IMG/VR virus record: IMGVR_UViG_3300031673_008321
Strand: one strand, 5' to 3'
DNA: 20,000 bases
Origin: an uncultured virus (IMG/VR IMGVR_UViG_3300031673_008321)
Lineage: Duplodnaviria; Heunggongvirae; Uroviricota; Caudoviricetes
Below the pieces are notes generated by a model that saw only the letters and a list, made by a program, of their open reading frames with translations, was not told the DNA's origin and ran no database searches. Below are positions 1 to 8,209 of this stretch, one piece after another; position 1 is the stretch's first letter, and the number at the start of each line of letters is the position of its first letter. The position numbers were made by a program, and so were the translations under genes.

Positions 1-2
1 AA

Positions 3-269
3 TTATGTGGTAGAGAAATTGTGGAAGGGTATGAAAGTAATCACCATTTGATACCAAAATCTAACGGCGGTTCGCATGAGCCTACCACCGTTTTGCATTC
101 GGTGTGCCATAAACAAATTCATGCGTTGTTCACGAACAAAGAGTTGTGTGTTTATGACACTGTAAGTAAGTTGAAAGCGCACAGAGATGTGAAGAGATTT
201 GTCAAATGGGTAGGTAAAAAACCTATAAATTTTGACTCAAAAACGAAAATTAGGAAGAAAAATAGGTAA
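3..269 (+). CDS. Small HNH endonuclease (5'-truncated by the window edge)
   Basis: The frame is open from base 3 (LCGREIVEGYESNHHLIPKSNGG...LHSVCHKQIH), giving the tail of an N-terminal Cys motif, HH-LIP and CHKQIH typical of small HNH proteins. The GTG at 21 is probably not the real start. Confidence 0.8.
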   Translation, partial: LCGREIVEGYESNHHLIPKSNGGSHEPTTVLHSVCHKQIHALFTNKELCVYDTVSKLKAHRDVKRFVKWVGKKPINFDSKTKIRKKNR

Positions 270-271
270 TT

Positions 272-304
272 TATCTAGCAAAAGGGTAGAATTATTCTAT
301 AATA
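272..304 (+). promoter_or_regulatory. Conserved phage promoter motif, copy 1
   Basis: TATCTAGCAAA-AGGGTAGAAT-TATTCTATAATA, with a TATAAT -10 box. It ends 7 bp before the MTase ATG, so the mRNA is probably leaderless. Confidence 0.8.
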
Positions 305-311
305 CGTATAT

Positions 312-1220
312 ATGAATATTAGAACTGAAATATTATTAGGTGACTGTTTGGGTGTTTTAAAAGATTATCCAGACGAAAAATTTAATTTAATAGTTACGTC
401 TCCTCCTTATGCCGATAGCCGTAGTAAAACATATGGTGGTGTACATCCAGATAAATATGTAGAGTGGTTTATGCCGTATGGAAAAGAGCTTTTTAGGGTA
501 CTTGATACAAAAGGTACTTTCGTATTAAATTTAAAAGAAAAAGTTGTGAATGGGGAACGGCATACTTATGTGTTAAATTTAATAATAGCTCTCAAAAAAG
601 CTGGTTGGTTATGGACAGAGGAATTTATTTGGCATAAGAAAAATTGTTATCCAGGAAAGTGGCCTAATAGGTTTAGAGATGCGTGGGAGAGGTGTTTACA
701 ATTCAATAAAATTAAACATTTTAACATGTATCAGGAAGAAGTTATGATACCTATAGGTAGTTGGTCTGTTCCCAGATTTAAGTGTTTAAGTGAAACAGAC
801 AAAATTCGAGATGAATCAGAGGTAGGTAGTGGCTTTGGCAAAAATGTTTCTAATTGGGTTGACAGAGAGTTGGTGTACCCTACTAATGTATTACACTTAC
901 CTACTGAAACCGGTAATAAGAAGCACAGTGCTGTGTTTCCCACTGCTTTACCGGAATGGTTTATAAAATTGTTTAGTAAGAAAGGCGATTGGGTATTAGA
1001 TCCTTTTGTGGGTTCTGGCACTACGTGTGCGGTTGCAAAATATTTGAATAGGAATTCAATAGGTATAGATAATTTAAGCGAAAATGTTGAAGAGGCTAAG
1101 AAACGTGTAAATATTGATCACAAATTTTTTATTGAGGAAAAAACAATTATTACTAATAAAGACACTTCAATTGATATTTTTGACGAATGGGAAAGGATTT
1201 CAAAAAATGGAAATAAATGA
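312..1220 (+). CDS. Site-specific DNA methyltransferase, N4-cytosine type, beta class
   Basis: Catalytic TSPPY near the N-terminus, HSAVFP motif, and SAM-binding VLDPFVGSGTT near the C-terminus. Confidence 0.93.
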   Translation: MNIRTEILLGDCLGVLKDYPDEKFNLIVTSPPYADSRSKTYGGVHPDKYVEWFMPYGKELFRVLDTKGTFVLNLKEKVVNGERHTYVLNLIIALKKAGWLWTEEFIWHKKNCYPGKWPNRFRDAWERCLQFNKIKHFNMYQEEVMIPIGSWSVPRFKCLSETDKIRDESEVGSGFGKNVSNWVDRELVYPTNVLHLPTETGNKKHSAVFPTALPEWFIKLFSKKGDWVLDPFVGSGTTCAVAKYLNRNSIGIDNLSENVEEAKKRVNIDHKFFIEEKTIITNKDTSIDIFDEWERISKNGNK

Positions 1221-1950
1221 ATTAGGGTTGAAAAAGTGTATTAACCAAAGTTTAAATAGATGTTTGGATAGGTTTGAGGCGGTTGAAATAGATATCAGTA
1301 AACGTATTAAAAAGATTAATCCTTATTTAATGGCCGCTATTCCTACTGATACAGATACGATTCTTAGAAATAATGTCATAACTTTTTTACAAAGGAGTTT
1401 AGAAACTATTTTTGGCAGCCTAATAGAAGATATAATAGAGTTTGTTTTAAACGAACGGGATGTTGAGTTTAGTAAGAAGCCAAATGAAGCAGGAGGCAAC
1501 GCGGATTTTATTTACAAAGATGGTCTCGGTTTTACTATCTATATGCCTGTAAAATCTAGCCCTTACTGGGGCAATAGTAGCCAGTATGCAAGTATGAATA
1601 GAGATTTTGCTGAGTTTAAAAAATCACATCCAGATGAAAAATTAAAACTTGTAAATTTTTGTGCTTATGGTAAAGAGCATGGTAAAAATAAAAAGTGTGG
1701 TCAAAGAGCTTGGTATTTTGTTTCTAACGGTGACAATGAACTTTATTTAAAAATAATTAGGTGTATTTCCTCTTTAAAAGCGGAGTCTGTTTGTGATAGG
1801 ATAGAAAATAATTTGATAAATAAATTTATTGTAGAATTTAAAAAGTATTTTTGTAAAGAAGATGAGGTATTGTGGGAAGAGGTTCTTAAATATAATGCGT
1901 GCCCTGCTTATGGGAATTTGAATTCGTTATTTCAAGATAAAATATTTTAA
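1207..1950 (+). CDS. Type II restriction endonuclease, EcoO109I/PmeII-like PD-(D/E)xK family
   Basis: Motifs INPYL, SLETIFG, ADF...VKSSPYWGNSSQ and CGQRAWYFVS..DNELYLKII. Overlaps the MTase end. Start moved to ATG 1207, which has a Shine-Dalgarno (SD) GAAAGGA at 1191-1197. Confidence 0.72.
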   Translation: MEINELGLKKCINQSLNRCLDRFEAVEIDISKRIKKINPYLMAAIPTDTDTILRNNVITFLQRSLETIFGSLIEDIIEFVLNERDVEFSKKPNEAGGNADFIYKDGLGFTIYMPVKSSPYWGNSSQYASMNRDFAEFKKSHPDEKLKLVNFCAYGKEHGKNKKCGQRAWYFVSNGDNELYLKIIRCISSLKAESVCDRIENNLINKFIVEFKKYFCKEDEVLWEEVLKYNACPAYGNLNSLFQDKIF

Positions 1951-1969
1951 AGGAAAAGGAGAATAAAGT

Positions 1970-2446
1970 ATGGGAAGATATTATGAAGCAGATGCAGTAG
2001 TTTATAATTTGATGGATGAGATAGTACATGAGCGGTTTGGGAACACACTTAGTGCAGCAACCATCAAAATTCTAATGGATAGTAAGACTAGAATAGATAA
2101 ACTTACTAACAGAATGACTTTTGCATCTATTAAAAGTGCCAGTGTGGTAGAAAAGTTTTTAAGCAAGGACGGTCATAATTTAGAAGGTATTGATTATATT
2201 ATCTTTTTATCGGATTTGGTGTGGGAACTTGCTAATGATAAGGATAAAAAGAGGATAATGTCTCATGAACTAAGGCATGCATTTTTGGACGAGAAAGGTA
2301 ATTACAAAATAGTTCGGCATGATATAGAAGATTTTTATGAAGAAGTCCAGTTGAACGAAGACGATCCTATGTGGGGTCAAGCACTTAGCACTGTAGCGAT
2401 AGCAAAGGTAGATCAAATGAAAGCTGAAGCAAAGGCTAATAAATAG
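1970..2446 (+). CDS. Putative phage metallopeptidase
   Basis: HELRH (HExxH) followed by HDIEDF, an arrangement typical of the phage metallopeptidase family. SD AGGAG upstream. Confidence 0.75.
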   Translation: MGRYYEADAVVYNLMDEIVHERFGNTLSAATIKILMDSKTRIDKLTNRMTFASIKSASVVEKFLSKDGHNLEGIDYIIFLSDLVWELANDKDKKRIMSHELRHAFLDEKGNYKIVRHDIEDFYEEVQLNEDDPMWGQALSTVAIAKVDQMKAEAKANK

Positions 2447-2455
2447 GGGGTTTTT

Positions 2456-2710
2456 ATGTCAAACAAAGGATTTACAGGTAAAGAAAAGATGTTAATAGAT
2501 TGGATGTCTGTGCGTAACGCTATTCTTTTAGCAGACACCGGTGAAATGAAAGTTACATATCATAAAAATGAGTTTGCTGGTGGTGGCATCGTAGGTTTAG
2601 TGGTAGAGTTGGTATTAAACTACAACGATCTTATGAAGCCAGATTTTACTAAGAATGAAAAAGCTGCCATTGATGCTGCAAAAAAGCAAAAAGAGCAAGA
2701 GAAGGTCTAA
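2456..2710 (+). CDS. Hypothetical protein
   Basis: 84-aa ORF with SD-like AGGGGG, in tandem with its neighbours. Confidence 0.6.
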   Translation: MSNKGFTGKEKMLIDWMSVRNAILLADTGEMKVTYHKNEFAGGGIVGLVVELVLNYNDLMKPDFTKNEKAAIDAAKKQKEQEKV

Positions 2711-2722
2711 GATTTATTTGTT

Positions 2723-3469
2723 ATGATGTATTTGAAAACACCACATCAGATAGACCGTATTGAATATGTTAATAAATTAGGCACAGAATTTCTAAAAATA
2801 TGCTATGATTATATTAAATCAGGCATATCTACATTTGAATTAGAGGAATTATCTATACAGTTTTGTGAAAAGAATAAAGTTAAACCATCTTTTTATAAGT
2901 ATCGTGGGTTTCCTCATCGGTTATGTGTGTCTATAAATGACGAAATTGTGCATGGATTTCCTAGTAGTTATGTAGTTAAAGACGGGGACATTATAAGTGT
3001 GGATTTTGGTGTAGAGAAGGATGGTTACTTTAGTGACGCTGCGTTTACTAAGACAGTAGGTAAAGTTCCTAGTAACACCAAAAAATTAGTGGAAATCACT
3101 GAAGAGTGTTTGTATAAAGGTATTGAGCAAGCCGTCCCCGGGAATAGGCTGTTTGATATTTCTAGGGCAATTCAATTATATGCTGCTCAACATAATTTTG
3201 ATACAGTGCGTGAATTTGTAGGCCACGGTGTGGGGTTAAAGGTACATGAACCGCCCCAAGTTCCTAACTATGTATCTATAGGAACAAATTGGAAATTAAG
3301 ACCTGGAATGGTGTTGGCTATTGAACCCATGCTAGTCGAAGGTAGTTATGGGATAAAAACTCACTATAATGGATGGACTATTTTTACTGCGGACGGGAAA
3401 ATGGCTGCACATTTTGAACATTCTATAGCTATCTTGGAGACTGGTCCTAAAATATTAAGCAAATTATAG
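2723..3469 (+). CDS. map: Methionine aminopeptidase, type I
   Basis: CVSINDEIVHG, DFG...DGYFSD, GHGVG..VHEPP, AIEPM and HFEHS; all five metal ligands are present. Confidence 0.96.
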   Translation: MMYLKTPHQIDRIEYVNKLGTEFLKICYDYIKSGISTFELEELSIQFCEKNKVKPSFYKYRGFPHRLCVSINDEIVHGFPSSYVVKDGDIISVDFGVEKDGYFSDAAFTKTVGKVPSNTKKLVEITEECLYKGIEQAVPGNRLFDISRAIQLYAAQHNFDTVREFVGHGVGLKVHEPPQVPNYVSIGTNWKLRPGMVLAIEPMLVEGSYGIKTHYNGWTIFTADGKMAAHFEHSIAILETGPKILSKL

Positions 3470-3482
3470 GGGGAAATGTAAG

Positions 3483-3920
3483 ATGATGTCGTTAAAGGAA
3501 GCAATAGCAGAAGTAAATAAAGCTGTTAAACATGCAAATGAAGTAGCAAAAAAGCTTACTACTAAAGACAGAAAGGCTTTAAAATCTACTACATTTTGTG
3601 GACCTAATAGAAGTTTTCCTGTTCCAGATTGTAAGCATGTTGGTACAGCGAAAGCTTATTTGAACAGATCAAAATTTTCTGGGGCGACTAAGAAAAGAAT
3701 AGCTGCTTGTATTAATCGAAAGGCTAAAGCATTAGGATGTACTCCCGGTAAACCTGCTAAGGCTAAAGGGGCTGTTGAGTATTCTTTTGATAACCTGCCA
3801 GAAGATCTTAAAAAATTGGCTGATAGTAAAATTTTTAAAACTACGAAAGAATTAGTAGAATCTTCTATTGAAAATGAAGGTATGGAGTTGGACTTTGTTG
3901 GTTGTAAAGATTGCGAATAA
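3483..3920 (+). CDS. Hypothetical protein with a DUF6582-like basic domain
   Basis: LTTKDRKALKSTTFCGPNRSFPVPDCKHV...IAACINRKAKALG resembles the 'L..R..L..S.F..P.R.FP..D..H' domain seen in phage head-associated proteins (recalled, not searched). Confidence 0.55.
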   Translation: MMSLKEAIAEVNKAVKHANEVAKKLTTKDRKALKSTTFCGPNRSFPVPDCKHVGTAKAYLNRSKFSGATKKRIAACINRKAKALGCTPGKPAKAKGAVEYSFDNLPEDLKKLADSKIFKTTKELVESSIENEGMELDFVGCKDCE

Positions 3921-3938
3921 TTTTTAGGGGTATATAAA

Positions 3939-4394
3939 ATGGCATGCGAAAATAATGAGTTGGCCGCAATTTTATTTAAAGCGGTGCAAGCTGGTATTGT
4001 TGTGGTGGACGCTAATACTAAAACTATAATAGATATTAATCCCGCTGCATCTTTTATGATAGGTGTTTCTAGGGAAGAAGTTATAGGAAAACTATGTAAA
4101 GAATATTTATGTGCGGAAGATTGTGACGGGTGCCCTATAATGACTGCTAATTTAGCAGAAGGGATTGAAGATGTAGAGAATAAAGAAATAGTTTTACACC
4201 GAAAGGACGGTTCAAAAGTATATGCATTACTAACTATAAATAGCACCATTTTAGATGGCAGGCGCCTGTTTATAAATAGTCTTATCGATATTACTAAACA
4301 AAAAGAAGCGGAGATGCAGCTGAAATCGCATTGGGATCATGCTGAAAAGTTATTATCTGATAACGTAGTGCGACTAAAAAACGGGGTGATCTAA
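3939..4394 (+). CDS. Stand-alone PAS domain protein
   Basis: GIVVVD...IIDINPAASFMIGVSREEVIGK followed by a PAC motif (RKDGS...DITKQK.AE). No output domain. Confidence 0.88.
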   Translation: MACENNELAAILFKAVQAGIVVVDANTKTIIDINPAASFMIGVSREEVIGKLCKEYLCAEDCDGCPIMTANLAEGIEDVENKEIVLHRKDGSKVYALLTINSTILDGRRLFINSLIDITKQKEAEMQLKSHWDHAEKLLSDNVVRLKNGVI

Positions 4395-4820
4395 ATGGCA
4401 GAAAATGGTGATAGCGTTCTCAAAGTTGTTCAGCTATTTATTGACAATATTAACGAATCCACTAAAAGCACAGCTAAAGAATTAGATAAACTTAGCGGTC
4501 AGGTGGATAGTGTTAAAACTAAAATTAATACGCCGCCAAGAAATGAAGAACTGTTTTCACAGATACAGGGCGTGGAAGGTAAAGTCAATACTATTACGAC
4601 TAATTTAACAACTATAAATACCTCTATAAAGTCTATGATCATATCTGTTAGAGTAGCAGCAATTGTAATGGGTTTTGCTATTATCATTGCAGCCGGTGTC
4701 ACACAATGTGGCAAATATATAGAAAATAGAAGTATAAAACAAGAAATTGATAAGTATTTGATATACAAGGATAAGGAGAAACAAGATGGAATTACATCAA
4801 GAACAGATGGACAGGATTAA
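4395..4820 (+). CDS. Coiled-coil protein with a single transmembrane helix
   Basis: Heptad-like N-terminal ~80 aa, then hydrophobic MIISVRVAAIVMGFAIIIAAGV. SD-like GGGGTG upstream. Confidence 0.65.
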   Translation: MAENGDSVLKVVQLFIDNINESTKSTAKELDKLSGQVDSVKTKINTPPRNEELFSQIQGVEGKVNTITTNLTTINTSIKSMIISVRVAAIVMGFAIIIAAGVTQCGKYIENRSIKQEIDKYLIYKDKEKQDGITSRTDGQD

Positions 4821-5097
4821 GGTAGAGTCTTATAAAGACTGCATTTGGTATGTGTCGGGCATTGATAGGTGTAAATTGCCTGGTATACTTGGAGAAAGGT
4901 ATTCAGAATGTTCTTGTAAAGAATGTAAGCTAGACGAGTTTTGTATTTGGATTACTAAATTTTTGAAATCAGCGCCTAAAGATATAGATGTTGATAACTA
5001 TACATCCGAATATTTACCAATAATTAATGATGATGGTATAGATGAAGCTTTACTTGTTAGTATGTTAGATAAAGTTTTTAATAGTAATAACGCTTAA
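4786..5097 (+). CDS. Hypothetical Cys-rich protein
   Basis: SD AAGGAG; six Cys including CSCKEC. Confidence 0.6.
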   Translation: MELHQEQMDRIKVESYKDCIWYVSGIDRCKLPGILGERYSECSCKECKLDEFCIWITKFLKSAPKDIDVDNYTSEYLPIINDDGIDEALLVSMLDKVFNSNNA

Positions 5098-5159
5098 GAC
5101 CTGTTGAGTTATTGCCGGTTGCAGGCACGGCGAATAAATGACCTAGGAGGGTTAAGATT

Positions 5160-5927
5160 ATGTATAAGGATAAGTTTGTTTTGTCTGTCATACACGATGG
5201 ACACCCAGTCAAAGAGACTGGATATAGAGGGAGTAAAGAAGTTGCTGTTCCCTTTGATAGCGAATATAAAATTCGCTTGAAGAACAAGAACGACATATCT
5301 TGCACGGCGAGAGTGCTTATTGATGGTAAGAAAGTTAGTCAGTTAGGAGATGTTATTGTCACCGCTGGGGGTACCATTGATTTAGAGCGGTACATTGACC
5401 GTTCGTTAGAGCAAGGAAAAAGATTTAAATTTGTTCCATTGGATAATTCTGATGTGGATGACCCCACCTCTTCAAGTAATGGTGTTATCGAGGTTGAGTT
5501 TAGAAAAGCCAAGCATCAGAATGGTATAAAAATTGATTATGATTGGCGCGATTTTGCTTGGACTCCCCCATATAAGGAAGATAATAATGGGCCTACATGG
5601 ACATTTAGTGGTGATTGTGGTGGTACTACAGCTGGGGATATGGGCGATTCGGTGCAATGTTATAGTGCCGGCTGCGAACTTGGCAAGCTTAAGTCTTCTA
5701 GATCTTTTGTATCGGCTGGAGCCACTGTAGAAGGAAGTAAATCAAATCAACAATTTACATATTCTAGTTTAGAGGTAGAAGATTATGCTGTAGTATTGAA
5801 ATTGAAGATTGTAGGTATAGAAAAGAGGGATACAATGCGTGATACTGAATATAAATACTGCATTCAGTGTGGTAAAAGAGTAAAGCGCGTTGCTAAATAT
5901 TGCTCAGAATGTGGGCGTAGGATATAA
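5160..5927 (+). CDS. Conserved hypothetical protein with a C-terminal zinc ribbon
   Basis: Strong SD AGGAGG; beta-rich N-domain (EYKIRLKN...V.IDG...IDLER...F.FV); C-terminal CIQC-x10-CSEC. Confidence 0.75.
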   Translation: MYKDKFVLSVIHDGHPVKETGYRGSKEVAVPFDSEYKIRLKNKNDISCTARVLIDGKKVSQLGDVIVTAGGTIDLERYIDRSLEQGKRFKFVPLDNSDVDDPTSSSNGVIEVEFRKAKHQNGIKIDYDWRDFAWTPPYKEDNNGPTWTFSGDCGGTTAGDMGDSVQCYSAGCELGKLKSSRSFVSAGATVEGSKSNQQFTYSSLEVEDYAVVLKLKIVGIEKRDTMRDTEYKYCIQCGKRVKRVAKYCSECGRRI

Positions 5928-5933
5928 CACTAC

Positions 5934-5968
5934 ATGCTCCGATCGTTACGATGGTCGGGGCATTTTTT
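5934..5968 (+). terminator. Rho-independent terminator
   Basis: Stem ATGCTCCGATC / GGTCGGGGCAT (with G-U pairs), 8-nt loop and T-run, just after the stop at 5927. Confidence 0.8.
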
Positions 5969-5987
5969 ATCCATTTTATCGTGGTTT

Positions 5988-6020
5988 TATCTAGCAAATT
6001 TGATTTTATATTCTATAATA
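5988..6020 (+). promoter_or_regulatory. Conserved phage promoter motif, copy 2 (upstream of the yeaG operon)
   Basis: TATCTAGCAAA-TTTGATTTTA-TATTCTATAATA, directly after a terminator. Confidence 0.82.
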
Positions 6021-6070
6021 TTATAAAGGTTATTAGTATAGCTGACAATGTATATAGGGGAGTAAAAAGA

Positions 6071-6202
6071 ATGCCGAAAACTACTGAAAATTATTATCAC
6101 GTTCCTGTTGCGGATATTTCTGTAGAAGCTATTTCTTTGGTAAAAGATATACAAGATTTTTATAGAGAATCAAAAAAAGAAGTGTTGCAAACTTTGGACT
6201 AG
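6071..6202 (+). CDS. 43-aa small protein (MPKTTENYYHVPV...)
   Basis: ATG 6071 has SD GGGGAG and lies downstream of the promoter. The longer 5951 start would run through the terminator and promoter. Confidence 0.55.
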   Translation: MPKTTENYYHVPVADISVEAISLVKDIQDFYRESKKEVLQTLD

Positions 6203-6219
6203 TTGGAAAGGAGAAAACC

Positions 6220-8175
6220 ATGAACGATTTCAAAGACATTATTTGTGAACAGCAGGAGTGCAAGAAAGTCGAAGACTGGGAAGGTACTGTACTTGATTAC
6301 CTATACAAGGTTCAAGAAAATTCTGGAATTGCTACTTTTGCACCTGGGCGTATATATAATATGGTAATTGCTCATGGATGTGATAAAGTCGATGAATCGC
6401 TTAAGTTAAGGGGGTACGATGATTTAGTAACCTATAAATTTTTTGACGGTAATATTTTTGGAACCTTGGAATCTTTACATGATATAATGAGGTTCTTAAA
6501 AGCTGCTGCTCGTCGTACAGAAACAGGAAAAAGAATTCTTATCATGGTTGGGCCTGTTAGTAGTGGTAAATCCACTATTGCTGCTCTATTAAAAAGAGGG
6601 CTGGAACAAGATAGTGTACCTAAATTTGTATTAAAGAATTGCCCGATGCATGAAGAGCCTTTGCATGCTATTCCTTTGTTAGATCGGAAATATTGGGAAG
6701 ACAAGCTAGGTATTAAAATTGAAGGAACGCTTTGTCCAGTATGCCAACAGAGATTAGATGATGAATTTACTGAAGAGGGCGTATCTCGTTGGGACAAATT
6801 AGAAGTTGAATCTATTAAATTTTCAGAACAAAAGCGTTTAGGTATAGGCACATTTCAACCAAGTGATCCCAAGTCCCAGGATGTTACTGAACTTATTGGA
6901 AAAGTTAACATGTCGAAAGTAGCTCGATTTGGGGATACAGACCCCAGGGCTTTTCAATTTGACGGTGAATTGCAGGTAGCTAATGGTGGTTTGATTGAAA
7001 TGATTGAACTTTTAAAAACTGACATTAAATTACAGTATGTACTAATTTCTTTGGCTCAGGAACAAGTTATTAAATCTCCCGGCTTTCCTCAAATCTATGT
7101 AGATACTCTTATTTTAGCCCACACAAACCAGACTGAGTTTGATTCGTTTAGGTCTGATAAAAAGAACGAAGCATTGCATGATAGGATGTATCCCATCATG
7201 GTTCCGTGGAATTTGAGAGTAAGTGATGAGATTAAAATCTACGAAAAAATGATTAATGAATCTGATTTTAGGAATATTCATATAGCTCCACACACTTTGA
7301 AAGTGGCTGCTGAGTTCGCAGTGCTTTCTAGGATGGTTGATTCGAGCAAGGTGTCAAGTAAAATTGAAAAAATGAAGCTTTATAATGGTGAAATTACTGA
7401 AGGTTTTAAGCAATCTGATATAGATGTAAAGGCAGTAAGACAAGAAGGCAAAGACAAGGGTGAAGGTATGTCTGGTATTTCGCCGAGGTTTATAATTAAT
7501 GCTCTTAACGTAGCCCTTGGTAGTAAAGAAGAAAAGAAATGTGTCAATGCTATTGACATAATTAGATATCTAAGAGATAACTTTGATCATCATATTGGTA
7601 TTGCTGAAGAAGACAAGGAGAGGTTTCTAAATCTTTTAATCGGTGACAAAGATTCTGTTAGTGCTGAGTATAAAGAGGTGGCTAAAAAGGAAGTTAATAT
7701 GGCTTTCTTGTATGCCTATGAGGAACAAGCAAACACGTTGTTCGATAATTACATGAGAAATGTCACATCTGTTTGTAAGAAAGAAAAGGTATATGACTCT
7801 ATTACAGGGGAATATTCTGATGCTGACGAGAAGTTGATGAGATCTATCGAGGAATTAGTTCCTGGTGGGGTGCCAGAAAATTCTAAGAATGAATTCCGTA
7901 ATGGTATTTTTGTACATAAATCATCAGCGCTAGAAAAAGGCAAAAAATTTTCTTATAAGAATTACCCGCCATTGAAAGACGCTATTGAAAAGAAACTTAT
8001 GGGAGACCTTAAATCAGTAGTAAGTCTTTCGTTAGCTGATACCACTATTACAGATCCTAAGGCTGGTAGGCGTAGACAAAAAGCATTGACAACCCTACTA
8101 AAAAATGGATATTGTAAAGAGTGTGCTAATATGTTGTTATCATTTATCGGTGAGGTTTTAAGGAAAGAAGAATAA
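6220..8175 (+). CDS. prkA: PrkA/YeaG family AAA+ ATPase ('serine protein kinase')
   Basis: Walker A GPVSSGKST, CPMHEEPL, IGTFQPSDPKSQD, DPRAFQFDGELQVAN, NEALHDR, EGMSGISPRF and C-terminal GYC..CA. Confidence 0.95.
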   Translation: MNDFKDIICEQQECKKVEDWEGTVLDYLYKVQENSGIATFAPGRIYNMVIAHGCDKVDESLKLRGYDDLVTYKFFDGNIFGTLESLHDIMRFLKAAARRTETGKRILIMVGPVSSGKSTIAALLKRGLEQDSVPKFVLKNCPMHEEPLHAIPLLDRKYWEDKLGIKIEGTLCPVCQQRLDDEFTEEGVSRWDKLEVESIKFSEQKRLGIGTFQPSDPKSQDVTELIGKVNMSKVARFGDTDPRAFQFDGELQVANGGLIEMIELLKTDIKLQYVLISLAQEQVIKSPGFPQIYVDTLILAHTNQTEFDSFRSDKKNEALHDRMYPIMVPWNLRVSDEIKIYEKMINESDFRNIHIAPHTLKVAAEFAVLSRMVDSSKVSSKIEKMKLYNGEITEGFKQSDIDVKAVRQEGKDKGEGMSGISPRFIINALNVALGSKEEKKCVNAIDIIRYLRDNFDHHIGIAEEDKERFLNLLIGDKDSVSAEYKEVAKKEVNMAFLYAYEEQANTLFDNYMRNVTSVCKKEKVYDSITGEYSDADEKLMRSIEELVPGGVPENSKNEFRNGIFVHKSSALEKGKKFSYKNYPPLKDAIEKKLMGDLKSVVSLSLADTTITDPKAGRRRQKALTTLLKNGYCKECANMLLSFIGEVLRKEE

Positions 8176-8209
8176 TGTACAGGGATTGCTGTAAATACCG
8201 GAGGATAAT

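Noticed and set aside
1114..1206. N-terminal extension of the REase ORF
   Set aside because: It overlaps the MTase by over 100 bp; ATG 1207 has a good SD.
5951..6070. N-terminal half of the 83-aa ORF
   Set aside because: It runs through a terminator and the promoter motif; the real start is probably 6071.
8178..8193. Small hairpin TACAG-GGATTG-CTGTA between yeaG and yeaH; TACAGGGATT also recurs at 13061
   Set aside because: A 5-bp stem without a U-tract and a single 10-bp match are too weak to support.
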